DNA of 64,000 nt, taken from positions 9,062 to 73,061 of the forward strand of contig JACQXN010000020.1 of assembly GCA_016208745.1 (NCBI GenBank), given 5' to 3'. Shown in pieces: positions 27,971 through 38,134 of this stretch (position 1 is its first letter; each line of letters begins with the position of its first letter). The notes beneath the pieces were generated by a model. The model made no database searches and was not told the origin of the DNA. It saw only the letters and a program-made list of their open reading frames with translations. Origin of the DNA: Candidatus Portnoybacteria bacterium (GTDB taxonomy: Bacteria; Patescibacteriota; Minisyncoccia; Portnoybacterales; GWB1-42-6). The position numbers and the translations under genes were made by a program.

Positions 27971-28867
27971 ATGCAAAATATCGGCAAAGGCCTTCATTCA
28001 TTAATTCCGCCAAAATCAGCTTCCGGCGAAGTTTCTTTTCCGAAAATCTCCCAGCCTCTAAGGTCAAAAAAAGAGAGCGTTTTTAATGTCGAAACGAATA
28101 AAATTAAACCTAATCCCATGCAGCCGCGTCAGGAAATGGACAGAGAAGATTTGCAGGATTTAGCGGAATCAATAAAAGAACACGGCATTTTGCAGCCTTT
28201 GATTGTTACCAAATCTGTCAAGGATTTAGCCAAGGGGCAAGACGTTGAGTATACATTAATTGCCGGCCACAGGCGATGGGAGGCGGCTAAAATGATCGGT
28301 TTGCCGCATGTGCCAGTTATTATCAGGGACTCCACGGAGCAGCAAAAATTAGAATTGGCTTTAGTTGAAAATCTACAAAGGAGCGATCTAAATGGCCTTG
28401 ATAAGGCCAAAGCATTTAAGCGCTTAAGCGAGGAATTTGATTTAACGCATCAGGAAATCGCGCAGAAAGTTGGCAAAAGCCGAGAGCTGGTAACAAATAC
28501 CATCAGGCTTTTAAATCTTCCCCAGGAGATTAAAGATGGAATGATGGCGGGAAAAATTTCCGATGGTCATGCCAGAACCCTAGCTGGCATAAAAAGCCCG
28601 CAAGCGCAGAAGGCGCTTTATGACGAGATTATCAAAAACAATATGAATGTCAGGCAGGTTGAGCAGAGAGTGAGAGAAATTTCCGTTAAAGCTCATAGGC
28701 GGAAAGTATTTTTGGACCCGGAAATTAAAAAAATCGCCGGGGAATTAACGGCGTTTTTGGGAAACAAAACTGAAGTTAGGCGGGCGGGTATTGGCGGGAA
28801 AATAGTTATTGAATTTTCAGATAAAGGGGACTTAGAAAAAGTGATTAAAAAGATTTTAAAATCGTAG
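27971..28867 (+). CDS. parB: Chromosome partitioning protein ParB/Spo0J
   Basis: ParB box ILQPLIVTK...GHRRWEAAKMIGLPHVPVIIRD and an HTH region are present. Confidence 0.9.
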   Translation: MQNIGKGLHSLIPPKSASGEVSFPKISQPLRSKKESVFNVETNKIKPNPMQPRQEMDREDLQDLAESIKEHGILQPLIVTKSVKDLAKGQDVEYTLIAGHRRWEAAKMIGLPHVPVIIRDSTEQQKLELALVENLQRSDLNGLDKAKAFKRLSEEFDLTHQEIAQKVGKSRELVTNTIRLLNLPQEIKDGMMAGKISDGHARTLAGIKSPQAQKALYDEIIKNNMNVRQVEQRVREISVKAHRRKVFLDPEIKKIAGELTAFLGNKTEVRRAGIGGKIVIEFSDKGDLEKVIKKILKS

Positions 28868-28971
28868 AAGCCAATTCACGCAAGGCCGAATTCTAGAAGC
28901 CAATTCACGCCAAATTGGCGTTTCGTCTGGCTTATAGTATTTTATTTTGGCGTTTTGTTTATTGGCCTCTA

Positions 28972-30714
28972 CTATTTCCTCCACGACACCGGAATTAATC
29001 TTTCGGTGTTTTTTAGCTTTTTGATATTTGAACAGCTGATTTTGTGGACGGATATGCCGCGGTTTAAGGTTATATAACCAATTATTTCGTCGCCTACTTG
29101 AGGATGGCAGCATTTAGCAAAATTGGTTAAGATTCTTGTCTCGCCTTTGATTTCAACGGCTTGCAGAGGAAGTCTTTTTTTGCGAATGGGCGGCGGTTGA
29201 ATAATTTTAGGCGTTGGTTTAGCTTCTTCTATTTCTGGCTCCTGTAGCCCAATTATTTCGACTCTATTTCTCTTAAACCAATTTTTTATTTTGTTTCTGG
29301 CAAAATTTGTTTTAACAAAATTTAGCCAGTCGCGAGAGGGCTTTTCTTTGTTTTGGGTAACAATTTCCACAACCTGTCCATTATTAAGCGGCTGGTCTAA
29401 AGAAACAAGCTTTCCTTCAATTTTTGCGCCGACACACCGATGGCCAATGGCTGTATGGACGCGATAGGCAAAATCAATCGGCGTGGCTCCTTCTGGCAAA
29501 TCAATCAGGTCGCCCTTGGGGGTAAAAACAAAAATCTGGTCTTTGAATAAATCAATTTTTAGCGATTGAATAAATTGGGGGTCGGCTTCCTGCTCTTTCT
29601 GCCACTCCTGCAATTCCTTTACCCAAGTGAGCTCCTTTTCGGGCGGTTTATAAAAAAGCCGTTTGATATAAGCCATAAGCCCCTTTTGCTCTGAATAATA
29701 CCAATGAGCGGCGATGCCGTATTCGGCTTCTTTGTGCATTTCGGGCGTTCTAATTTGAAATTCCGTAATTTTTCCGCCCGGACAAAAGACGGTTGTGTGA
29801 AGCGATCGATAGCCATTCGGTTTTGGCAGAGCAATATAATCTTTTATTCTGCCGGGCAACGGCCGCCATAATTTATGGATAACGCCAAGCGCGGCATAGC
29901 AGTCATCTATATCTTTGACAAGAATTCGCAGCGCCACTAAATCATATATTTTATTTAAATCCATATCATAGCGCTGGAGTTTTTTAAAAAGACTAAAATA
30001 TCTCTTGGCGCGGGAATGAATTTCCAGCGGTACAACATTAATTTTTTCAAGCTCCCTTTTAATTATTGGCATCAATCTATTCAAATATCTATCCCGTTCT
30101 TGATATTTGTCTTTCACCTGATTAAGCAGCCATTTGTATTCCTGCGGGTAGACCAAAGGAAAAGCCGCATCTTCCAGCTCGCCGGAAATTTTCCGCATAC
30201 TTAAGCGGTAGGCAATAGGTGCATAAATTTCCAATGTCTCCTGGGCCAGCCTTCTTTGCTTTTCTTTATCAAAAACTGAAATTGTCTTTAAGCCATGCAG
30301 CCGATTAATTAATTTAATAATCACCACCCGGATATCTTTGGCGGTGGCCAAAAACAATTTTCTTAAATTTTCCATGCTGCGCTTAACTCCTTTATGCTCA
30401 ACCTTCCCAACATTGGTTACGCCCTCAACTAAAAACACAACTTCTTCTCCAAACTCTTTTTTTAGTTCCAGCCGGTTGACATCAGTTTTTTCCAAGGCTT
30501 CGTGAAGAAGGCCGGTTATGACAGAGGGAGAGCCTAAATTTATTTCTGCTAATTCCAAAGCGATTTCAGCACAATGGTCAATCATAGTTTGTCCGGAGAG
30601 CCTTTTTTTCTCATTGTAGATTTTTTTGGCATAATTAAAAGCCCGGCCGAGCTGGTCTTTGCTAAGCCTGGGATTTATCTGCTCTATTCGCATTAAAAAT
30701 TCTTCTTTTTCCAT
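28972..30714 (-). CDS. RelA/SpoT-family bifunctional (p)ppGpp synthetase/hydrolase, short 580-aa form
   Basis: HD-domain N-terminus (MIDHCAEIALELAEINL...LLHEALE), synthetase motif RSLHTTV, and a TGS-like C-terminus. Confidence 0.85.
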   Translation of the reverse strand: MEKEEFLMRIEQINPRLSKDQLGRAFNYAKKIYNEKKRLSGQTMIDHCAEIALELAEINLGSPSVITGLLHEALEKTDVNRLELKKEFGEEVVFLVEGVTNVGKVEHKGVKRSMENLRKLFLATAKDIRVVIIKLINRLHGLKTISVFDKEKQRRLAQETLEIYAPIAYRLSMRKISGELEDAAFPLVYPQEYKWLLNQVKDKYQERDRYLNRLMPIIKRELEKINVVPLEIHSRAKRYFSLFKKLQRYDMDLNKIYDLVALRILVKDIDDCYAALGVIHKLWRPLPGRIKDYIALPKPNGYRSLHTTVFCPGGKITEFQIRTPEMHKEAEYGIAAHWYYSEQKGLMAYIKRLFYKPPEKELTWVKELQEWQKEQEADPQFIQSLKIDLFKDQIFVFTPKGDLIDLPEGATPIDFAYRVHTAIGHRCVGAKIEGKLVSLDQPLNNGQVVEIVTQNKEKPSRDWLNFVKTNFARNKIKNWFKRNRVEIIGLQEPEIEEAKPTPKIIQPPPIRKKRLPLQAVEIKGETRILTNFAKCCHPQVGDEIIGYITLNRGISVHKISCSNIKKLKNTERLIPVSWRK

Positions 30715-30847
30715 GGCATATTAATAGTGTAAAATTCTTAACCTGCCCGCTAAAGCTTGTTTGGCGCATGCGGGCGAGTTCGCCCATGCGAATAAAATCC
30801 GAGTCATCCGGGTGTAATCCGGATAATCAGGGTCGCCTTGAAAAACA

Positions 30848-30875
30848 TTGACAATCTTGACGAAAAGCCTATAAT
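30848..30875 (+). promoter_or_regulatory. Near-consensus sigma70 promoter, TTGACA-16-TATAAT, upstream of the NUDIX gene
   Basis: TTGACA at 30848-30853 and TATAAT at 30870-30875. Confidence 0.5.
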
Positions 30876-30953
30876 TATATGATAAAAGAGAGTCAGTTCC
30901 TTTCAAAAAACTTAAAAATTGCTGATAAAGAAGTATAACACGGAGGTGTAAAA

Positions 30954-31469
30954 ATGGGCAAAGAAAGGGTTTCTGCTGCTCCTGTGGCAGTAGGATTTAT
31001 TAGAAATCCCAAAAGCGAATTATTGCTTGTTGGAAGATTGAATTTATTAACGCTTCCGACCGGCCATATGAAGCCGGGCGAAAAAAGCTTAAAAGAAACA
31101 CTCGTGCGGGAAATGGTTGAAGAACTAAGCATAAAACCTGATCAGATTAAAATTACAGAATCTCTCGGAACACTCTTTCGTGACAATGGCAGTGGACTAA
31201 AGGTCTTTGAGATTTTTTCTTGTAAAATAGGGCAAGGAACAGCGGATGAGGTTAGATACAAGGAAGATGGAGAAGTAATTCATATGTGGCTGACTCCGGC
31301 ACAAGCTATAAGATCTAGCGCATTAGATCCGCTGGCAAGAGAAGCCATCAGTATGTTTATCAAGAAATATCCAAGATACACAGGTCCGCAGAGCAATAAG
31401 GAGGGGTCATGGAGAAAGAGAGATTTACAAGATCAGGGAGCAAGAGGCCAGAGAGCCGTCAATTTTTAA
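30954..31469 (+). CDS. NUDIX hydrolase
   Basis: Nudix box GHMKPGEKSLKETLVREMVEELSI, which fits Gx5Ex7REUxEExGU. Confidence 0.7.
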   Translation: MGKERVSAAPVAVGFIRNPKSELLLVGRLNLLTLPTGHMKPGEKSLKETLVREMVEELSIKPDQIKITESLGTLFRDNGSGLKVFEIFSCKIGQGTADEVRYKEDGEVIHMWLTPAQAIRSSALDPLAREAISMFIKKYPRYTGPQSNKEGSWRKRDLQDQGARGQRAVNF

Positions 31470-31483
31470 AACTTTATCAGCAA

Positions 31484-31530
31484 AAAACAGGGCCTCGATT
31501 AATTTTAAAATCGAGGCCTTTTATTTTTCT
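31484..31530. terminator. Bidirectional intrinsic terminator, GGCCTCGAT-N10-ATCGAGGCC plus a T-run
   Basis: Perfect 9-bp stem at 31491-31518 with an A-run before and a T-run after. It lies between the convergent NUDIX gene and topA. Confidence 0.6.
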
Positions 31531-33557
31531 TCTTTTTGGATAAAGCCGCATTCTTTGTTTGAGCATTTAATTCGGCCTTTTTTATCAGAGATCAACAGGG
31601 AGCCGCATTTGGGGCAGGTTTCGCCGGTTGGCTTGTCCCAGAGAGCGAATTTGCAGTCGGGATAATTTGAGCAAGCATAGAAAATTTTTCCCTTTCTGGT
31701 TCTTTTTTCATTGATTTTTCCCTGTTTACATTCCGGGCAAGTCACGCCGGTTGAATTGGCAATGTTTTCAGTATAACGGCATTCAGGAAAACCGGAGCAA
31801 GCATAGAATTTTCCAAAACGGCTGGTCCTAATTACTAGCGGCTTGCCGCATTGGGGGCAAGTTTTGTCTGTCGGCTCAACAGGCGCTTTTTGTTTTTTTA
31901 CTTCTTCGTATTTTTGGTCTAAGTTTTCTTTAAAGGGATCATAAAATTCTTTAATAACTGGTTGCCATTTTATTTGGCCTTCAGCTATTTTGTCTAAATC
32001 CTCTTCCATATGCGCGGTGAATTTTAAATCAACAATTACGGGAAAATGTTCAACTAATAAATCGTTAACCGTAAAACCAATATCAGTCGGGAAAAATTTT
32101 CGCGCCTCATCTTTTTGGATATAATTTCGGTCTTGGATGGTGGAAATAATCGGCGCATAGGTTGATGGCCGGCCAATGCCGTCTTCTTCCAAAGCCTTAA
32201 TCAGTGTTGCTTCTGAGTATCTTGGCGGTGGTTGGGTGAAATGCTGGCTAGAAATTAATTTTATCAATTCCAAAATTTCTTTTTCTTGGAGCGACGGCAA
32301 ATCCATTTCTTGAAATTTTATCGGATAGACCCTTAGAAAGCCATCAAATTTCATCATTGAACCATTGGCGCGGAAAATGTGATTATTCGCTTCAATATCA
32401 ATACTAGTTGAATCAAAAATTGCGCTTGACATCTGGGAAGCCAAAAATCGCGACCAGATAAGTTGATAGAGTTTTGCTTGGCTTGCATCTAGTTTAAGAT
32501 TCTCCGGCTCAGCTTCCGGAGAAGTTGGCCTAATTGCTTCGTGCGCTTCCTGCGCGCCTTTTGATTTTGTTTTGTATGTTTTAGAAAACCCCGGCCAATA
32601 AGTAGCCCCAAATTTTTCTAAAATAAATTTTTTAGCAGCGTCCAAAGCTATTTGGGAAATATTTAAAGAATCGGTTCGGTGATAAGTTATATGACCTTCT
32701 TCATAGAGTCTTTGCGCCAAACTCATTGTCATCTTGGCCGAAAAATGGAATTTTTGCCAAGCAGCCTGTTGAAGAGTGCTGGTGGTAAATGGCGGCAGGG
32801 GATTTCTCTTCGTTTCTTTTTTCTCTATTTTTGCAATCTGATATTTTGCACCTTCAAGATCTTTTAAAATTTTATCGGCGTTTTCCTTAGTTCCAATATC
32901 AAGCTTGCCGATTGGTATTTCTCCTCTTTTGATAAGGGTCGCGGTGAATTCTTTTTCCGACTCAGCTTTTTTAAGCAGCGCTTCTATGCTCCAGTATTCT
33001 TCCGGTTTAAAATTTTGGATTTCCCGTTCTCTCTCAACAATTAAGCGCACAGCCACTGATTGCACTCGTCCAGCTGAAAGGCCCTTGGCTATTTTACGCC
33101 ATAAAAAAGGCGAAAGCTGATAGCCAACAATTCTATCTAAAATTCTGCGCGCTTGCTGGGAATCAACCAAATCCATATCTATTCTTCGGGGATTTTTGAG
33201 CGCCTCTTGAATCGCACTTTTGGTTATTTCATGAAAAACAATTCTGTCTGATTTTTCGGCATCCAGTTTTAAGGCCTGCGTTAAATGCCAGGCAATGGCT
33301 TCGCCTTCGCGGTCTTCGTCAGTTGCCAGAATAACTTTGTCTGCTTTCTCTAAAGATTTTTTTATCGGCGTCAACTTTTTTCTGGATAGCATTGGCACAA
33401 CATATTTTGGCTCAAAATTATTTTCAATATCAATGCCGAGCTCCTTTTTTGGCAGATCGCGGATATGGCCAAAAGAAGACACGACCGAATATTCCTTGTT
33501 CAGGAATTTTTGGATTGTTCGGGCTTTAGTTGGGGATTCAACGATGATAAGATCCAT
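31521..33557 (-). CDS. topA: DNA topoisomerase I with C-terminal zinc ribbons
   Basis: TOPRIM N-terminus MDLIIVESPTKARTIQKFL, an active-site Tyr region, and four C4 zinc-finger repeats. Confidence 0.95.
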   Translation of the reverse strand: MDLIIVESPTKARTIQKFLNKEYSVVSSFGHIRDLPKKELGIDIENNFEPKYVVPMLSRKKLTPIKKSLEKADKVILATDEDREGEAIAWHLTQALKLDAEKSDRIVFHEITKSAIQEALKNPRRIDMDLVDSQQARRILDRIVGYQLSPFLWRKIAKGLSAGRVQSVAVRLIVEREREIQNFKPEEYWSIEALLKKAESEKEFTATLIKRGEIPIGKLDIGTKENADKILKDLEGAKYQIAKIEKKETKRNPLPPFTTSTLQQAAWQKFHFSAKMTMSLAQRLYEEGHITYHRTDSLNISQIALDAAKKFILEKFGATYWPGFSKTYKTKSKGAQEAHEAIRPTSPEAEPENLKLDASQAKLYQLIWSRFLASQMSSAIFDSTSIDIEANNHIFRANGSMMKFDGFLRVYPIKFQEMDLPSLQEKEILELIKLISSQHFTQPPPRYSEATLIKALEEDGIGRPSTYAPIISTIQDRNYIQKDEARKFFPTDIGFTVNDLLVEHFPVIVDLKFTAHMEEDLDKIAEGQIKWQPVIKEFYDPFKENLDQKYEEVKKQKAPVEPTDKTCPQCGKPLVIRTSRFGKFYACSGFPECRYTENIANSTGVTCPECKQGKINEKRTRKGKIFYACSNYPDCKFALWDKPTGETCPKCGSLLISDKKGRIKCSNKECGFIQKEEK

Positions 33558-33683
33558 AAATAGTTAGAAGGTTTAAGTTAAAAGTTCAAAGTCAAAGTTG
33601 AAAGTTTAAAATTTATTGCGCAAAGCGCGATGCCAAAATTTTTCATTTTCAACTTTTAATTTTTAACTTAGTTCTTTCGAGAT

Positions 33684-34778
33684 CTATCTTGAAAGAACGT
33701 AATTCATTCCTCCTAAATTTCTAATCTTTCCTTTTATCTCCATCAAGGCAATCGTGGCGTTAATTGTCGCGGTGTCTATTTTAGTTTCAATTACGATTTT
33801 GTCAATATGCGTTGGCTCGTCTCCGAGTATTTCTAAAATTTTTGCCTCCTCTTCGTTGTCAGGCAGAATTTGTCGAATTTCAATCTGCTCAGTTAGCGCT
33901 TTCAGGTTTAATTCTTCTAAAATATCATTGGTGCCAAGAACTAGCTTTGCCCCCATTTTTATTAAGTTATTTGGCCCAATTGAAGTTTGAGAATATATGG
34001 GGCCGGGGATAGCAAAGACTTCGCGGTTTTGTTCTAAAGCATGCTTGGCAGTAATTAAGGCGCCGGATTTTTCTTTTGCTTCAATAACTAATGTGCCAAG
34101 CGATAAACCACTGATAATGCGATTTCGGGCATGAAAATGGTGTTTCAAAGCCGGCGTGCCGGGCGGATATTCTGAAATCACCGCGCCGTTTTCTGAAATT
34201 TGCTGGGCTAATCGGCGATTTGATGGCGGATAAACGCTCTGTTCGTCAATGCCAGAGCCGACAACTGCGATTGTCCGTTTTTTATCCTGCAGGGCCGCCA
34301 TATGCGCCAGTGAATCAATTCCGCGCGCCAGGCCCGAAACAATAGTTAAACTAGCTTGGCTTATTTGATTAGCTAAATGCGAAGCAACCTGTTGGCCATA
34401 GAGAGTCGGTATTCTTGTTCCGACTATTGCCAGCGCCCTTTCGTCTTGAGGCATAATTTTCCCTCTAACATATAATAGCGGAGGCGGGTCGTAGATTTCT
34501 TTTAAAAGCGAGGGATAGTTTTCGTCTGAAATTGTAATAACATCAATGTTGTGCGCTTTTAATTCTTCAAGTTTTTTATCCGGATTAATAGTTATCCTTC
34601 GGCTGCAAAATTCTTTGATAATATTTTCATCAAGCCCGGCGTTTAAAAGCTCCAATTCTTCTGCTTTCCAGGCGTTTTCCAAATTTCCAAAATAATTCAA
34701 TAGCCGCTTGATTCTTTGCGGCCCGATTTTTTCGTGGAATTGGTTGAAGGCGATAAAGTATTTTGTTTGGTCGCTCAT
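33684..34778 (-). CDS. dprA: DNA processing protein DprA/Smf
   Basis: Rossmann-like core ALAIVGTRIPTLYGQQVASHLANQISQASLTIVSGLARGIDSLAH. Confidence 0.9.
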   Translation of the reverse strand: MSDQTKYFIAFNQFHEKIGPQRIKRLLNYFGNLENAWKAEELELLNAGLDENIIKEFCSRRITINPDKKLEELKAHNIDVITISDENYPSLLKEIYDPPPLLYVRGKIMPQDERALAIVGTRIPTLYGQQVASHLANQISQASLTIVSGLARGIDSLAHMAALQDKKRTIAVVGSGIDEQSVYPPSNRRLAQQISENGAVISEYPPGTPALKHHFHARNRIISGLSLGTLVIEAKEKSGALITAKHALEQNREVFAIPGPIYSQTSIGPNNLIKMGAKLVLGTNDILEELNLKALTEQIEIRQILPDNEEEAKILEILGDEPTHIDKIVIETKIDTATINATIALMEIKGKIRNLGGMNYVLSR

Positions 34779-34783
34779 CCTTT

Positions 34784-34856
34784 TGTCATTCTGGGCCCCT
34801 ACCCGTCCGGCAGACGGGAACCCGCAATCTAGATTCCCGTTTTCACGGGAATGACA
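34784..34856. mobile_element. MITE of the TGTCATTCCCGC-TIR family (REP-like hairpin pair)
   Basis: It starts TGTCATTC and ends GGGAATGACA, with internal hairpins CCCGTCCGGCAGACGGG and TTCCCGTTTTCACGGGAA. Related copies are at 2330-2412, 22785-22865 and 52780-52849. Confidence 0.55.
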
Positions 34857-34913
34857 GAATAGAAATTAAACAACTTGTATTTAATATAACACTTAGAATA
34901 AATCGCGACAAAT

Positions 34914-34942
34914 TTGACAGATTAACGGCCCAGCTGTATATT
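34914..34942 (+). promoter_or_regulatory. Sigma70-like promoter, TTGACA-17-TATATT
   Basis: TTGACA at 34914-34919 and TATATT at 34937-34942. A strong RBS AAAGGAGG follows before the ATG at 34980. Confidence 0.45.
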
Positions 34943-34979
34943 AAAATTAAAATTTGTTTTTTAAAAAAAGGAGGCAGTT

Positions 34980-35441
34980 ATGTTCCCGAATATTTCTGAA
35001 AAGCAAAAGAATACCCTTGGATCGTTTGTTGAGCTTTTATGCCTGTATTTTAAAGGAAAAGAGATCCCTCTAAAATATTACATGGATAGATCTTGGTTTA
35101 TTGAGAATCGACAGCGAATTGGGTGTTTGCCTAATACTCCTGGCGCAGAAGAAAAGTTCGGCGGTTGGTTTAATTCTTTGGAGAAAGGCGACAAGAATAT
35201 TTGGGCTCGGTTCCTCGGCGATCTTTCGGACGCCGGGGTAAGCGAACATATGTATGCAGAAGTAAAAAAATATTCGCCCTTTGCAGATGAGCTTATTGTT
35301 GTCAAGCGAGGCGCAGGCGAAATTTATTTGTCTAAGCACGAGGGGCATGCGTTGATGAAAAATGTTTTTCCTGTTGAGTGCGGAGAAACATTTTTGGTTT
35401 TTTCAATCGATAGACGACAGATTATCTATCCAAGGCCATGA
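34980..35441 (+). CDS. Hypothetical protein
   Basis: 153-aa ORF with a good RBS and promoter and no recognised motif. Confidence 0.5.
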   Translation: MFPNISEKQKNTLGSFVELLCLYFKGKEIPLKYYMDRSWFIENRQRIGCLPNTPGAEEKFGGWFNSLEKGDKNIWARFLGDLSDAGVSEHMYAEVKKYSPFADELIVVKRGAGEIYLSKHEGHALMKNVFPVECGETFLVFSIDRRQIIYPRP

Positions 35442-35577
35442 TTAAGGTTATAAGCCCGAGCCATTTTTAGGATTCGGGTTTTTTATTTCTTCATTTCCTC
35501 CACCCCGTTAGAAATTACTGCGATTAATCGTATGAGGCAAAATTATCTTTTTGCGTTATAAGTATACTTATTTATGT

Positions 35578-37695
35578 TTATACGTTCTCATAATTTCTAA
35601 CGAGGTCCACCGCTTCATTCAGCATCTGGATATATAGATTAAGCCCCACGGCGTTGATTTGGCCTGATTGTTCGCGGCCCAAGATATTGCCTGCCCCGCG
35701 GATTTCCAAATCGCGCAGAGCGATTTGATAGCCAGAACCAAGCGCTTGCGCTTCTTTTAGCGCGTCTAATCTTTGTTGCGCAATGTCGGTCAGATTTTTT
35801 TCATTATACAAAAAATAGGCATAGGCCTGTTTATCAGAGCGCCCAATTCTGCCTCGCAATTGATAGCTTTGGGCCAGGCCAAGTTTTGTCGCGTTTGCAA
35901 CAATTAGAGTATTAACATTGGGAAAATCCAAGCCGTTTTCAATAATTGTTGTGGCCACTAGAATATCAATCTTTTTTTCGCCAAAATCATCCATCACTTT
36001 TATCAATTGTTTTTCGTTCATGCGGCCGTGAGCAATAGCAATATAAATTTTCCCCCCCTCCTTTTTAAAGCCTGCCTGTCCGGTAGGCAGGGAGGGGTGG
36101 GGTGGATTTTTTGAATTATCTCCATCCGTAGAATAAATCCCTCCCAGCCTCCCTTTAAAAAGGGAGGAGTTTTTTAGTAATTTCTCAATCTGCTTCTTTG
36201 CCAGTTCAATTGTTTCAATCCGATTATGCAGATAATAAATTTGTCCGCCTCGCTTTAATTCAAATTCAATCGCTTTTTTAATTGTTTTTGGTGAATAGGG
36301 TTCAATAAATGTTTTAACTGCCAATCGGCCGGGCGGCGCGGTTTGAATTAAACTGATATCGCGCAAGCCGGTTAAAGATAAATGCATTGTTCTTGGGATA
36401 GGCGTGGCGCTCAAACTTAAAATATCTATGTTGGCGCGCATTTCTTTAAATCGCTCTTTTTGTTTAACGCCAAATCTTTGTTCCTCATCTATTATAACTA
36501 GTCCAAGACTTGGAAACTCTACGTCTTTTTGAATGAGACGATGGGTGCCAATAACAATATCAGTCTGGCTGTCTTTAATTTGTTTTATGGTTTGAGCCTG
36601 ATTCTTTTTTGATTCCAATCTTGAAAGCAGCGCGATATTAATTGGAAATTTTTTAAGCCGGTTTAAAAAATTATGATAATGCTGGTGGGCTAAAATGGTT
36701 GTTGGCGTGATTAAAGCTACCTGTTTGCCAGCAGTTACTGCTTTAAAAGCCGCGCGCAAAGCGATCTCTGTTTTGCCAAAACCAACATCCCCGCAAATTA
36801 ATCTGTCCATTGGTTTTTCCGATTCCATATCTTTTTTAACGTCTCTCATAGCAGACAATTGATCTTCGGTTTCAATATATAAAAAAGAATCTTCCAGCTC
36901 TTTTTGCAAAGCGTCATCTGGCGGAAATTTAAAACCAGAAACTGCTGCGCGCTTGGCATAAATCTCCAATAATTCTTTAGCCAGATTCAAGGCGCTTTCT
37001 TTGATTTTTCTTTTGGTTTTATACCAGAGCGTTCCGCCAAGGCGATGCACAATCGGCGTTTCAAAGCCAATGTATCTGGTTAATTTTTCTTCCAGTTCAA
37101 GCGGCACATAAAGCCGGTCATTTTTGGCGTATTCTAAAACGAAATATTTTTCTTGACTCTCGGGCGTCGGCGAGTTAAAAGAAAGCTCGCCACCTAGTTC
37201 TTTGGCAAAGCCCTTAAAAATGCCAATGCCATGGTCCAGATGAACCAGATATTCATTCGGTTTTAAATTTGCCAGAAGTTGCGAAGGCGCTTGTTTTTTA
37301 AGGGCTTTCTTGATTGTTTCTGGCTTTTCGTCGATTTTAATTTCAAGAGAAAAAATTTCAGCCAGCTCATTGCCGGAAAATTCAAGGCGCAAGGCCGAAT
37401 CCATATTTATCGGAAAAATATCTAAGATCCCGCCGCGTTGGGAGAGCTCGCCGGGTCTAGCCAATGTTTGCACGCGCTCATAACCAAAATTAGTCAGTTT
37501 TCTTAATAGCTCAAATAGATTTATTCTCTGATTTTTTTCTAAAAAGATCGTATTATCCTTCCACCAGATCTGGGTTTTAGCTACTTCTTCTATTTTTTTT
37601 TGGTTTTCGGAGAACCAAAAGATATCCCGATCTAGGAAATACGGCGACAAGCTTGCAATTAGAATTTTAGTTGGATTTTTACTTTCTGATATCAT
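35578..37695 (-). CDS. mfd: Transcription-repair coupling factor Mfd, compact 705-aa form, carrying an in-frame palindromic-repeat insertion
   Basis: UvrB-homology region (ARPGELSQRGGILDIFP), SF2 helicase motifs (GDVGFGKTEIALRA, DEEQRFGV) and the TRG motif. The insertion ...KGRLGGIYSTDGDNSKNPPHPSLPTGQAGFKKEGG... is encoded by a CCTCC-family element at about 36050-36172. Confidence 0.8.
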   Translation of the reverse strand: MISESKNPTKILIASLSPYFLDRDIFWFSENQKKIEEVAKTQIWWKDNTIFLEKNQRINLFELLRKLTNFGYERVQTLARPGELSQRGGILDIFPINMDSALRLEFSGNELAEIFSLEIKIDEKPETIKKALKKQAPSQLLANLKPNEYLVHLDHGIGIFKGFAKELGGELSFNSPTPESQEKYFVLEYAKNDRLYVPLELEEKLTRYIGFETPIVHRLGGTLWYKTKRKIKESALNLAKELLEIYAKRAAVSGFKFPPDDALQKELEDSFLYIETEDQLSAMRDVKKDMESEKPMDRLICGDVGFGKTEIALRAAFKAVTAGKQVALITPTTILAHQHYHNFLNRLKKFPINIALLSRLESKKNQAQTIKQIKDSQTDIVIGTHRLIQKDVEFPSLGLVIIDEEQRFGVKQKERFKEMRANIDILSLSATPIPRTMHLSLTGLRDISLIQTAPPGRLAVKTFIEPYSPKTIKKAIEFELKRGGQIYYLHNRIETIELAKKQIEKLLKNSSLFKGRLGGIYSTDGDNSKNPPHPSLPTGQAGFKKEGGKIYIAIAHGRMNEKQLIKVMDDFGEKKIDILVATTIIENGLDFPNVNTLIVANATKLGLAQSYQLRGRIGRSDKQAYAYFLYNEKNLTDIAQQRLDALKEAQALGSGYQIALRDLEIRGAGNILGREQSGQINAVGLNLYIQMLNEAVDLVRNYENV

Positions 37696-38134
37696 AGCGA
37701 AAGGGATATCTTTTCAGAAGGGGCGACGGGGAAACTGGGTGTTTCCCCGTGGTGGAAATATTAAAACCGCAAGGTTTTAAGGAGTGAGCCTAAAAAGGCG
37801 AACGACAAAATATCCCGCTCTAAAAAATAGGGGGTAAGGCTGGCAATTAAAATTTTTTCTTTTTCACTTGACAAGCCCATTAAACCAGATAATAATAACC
37901 TATTCTGGATAAATGGTCAAAAAGCATCCGAATAGCGCAAAATTCTACACGAATGCGTCCATACGAATAAAAATTCTTTCTACCATCCTATCTGTGAGTG
38001 GCCAAAGCCAAAGTTAACCCTCCTAAACTTTGGTGAGTAACCTCAAGTATCAAGGGCGAATCCTTTTGGAATCTGCTCTTGTCACTCGCAGGTAGGATGG
38101 TGGATGGGATTAAGTTCTTTTAAAAAGGAGAAGT

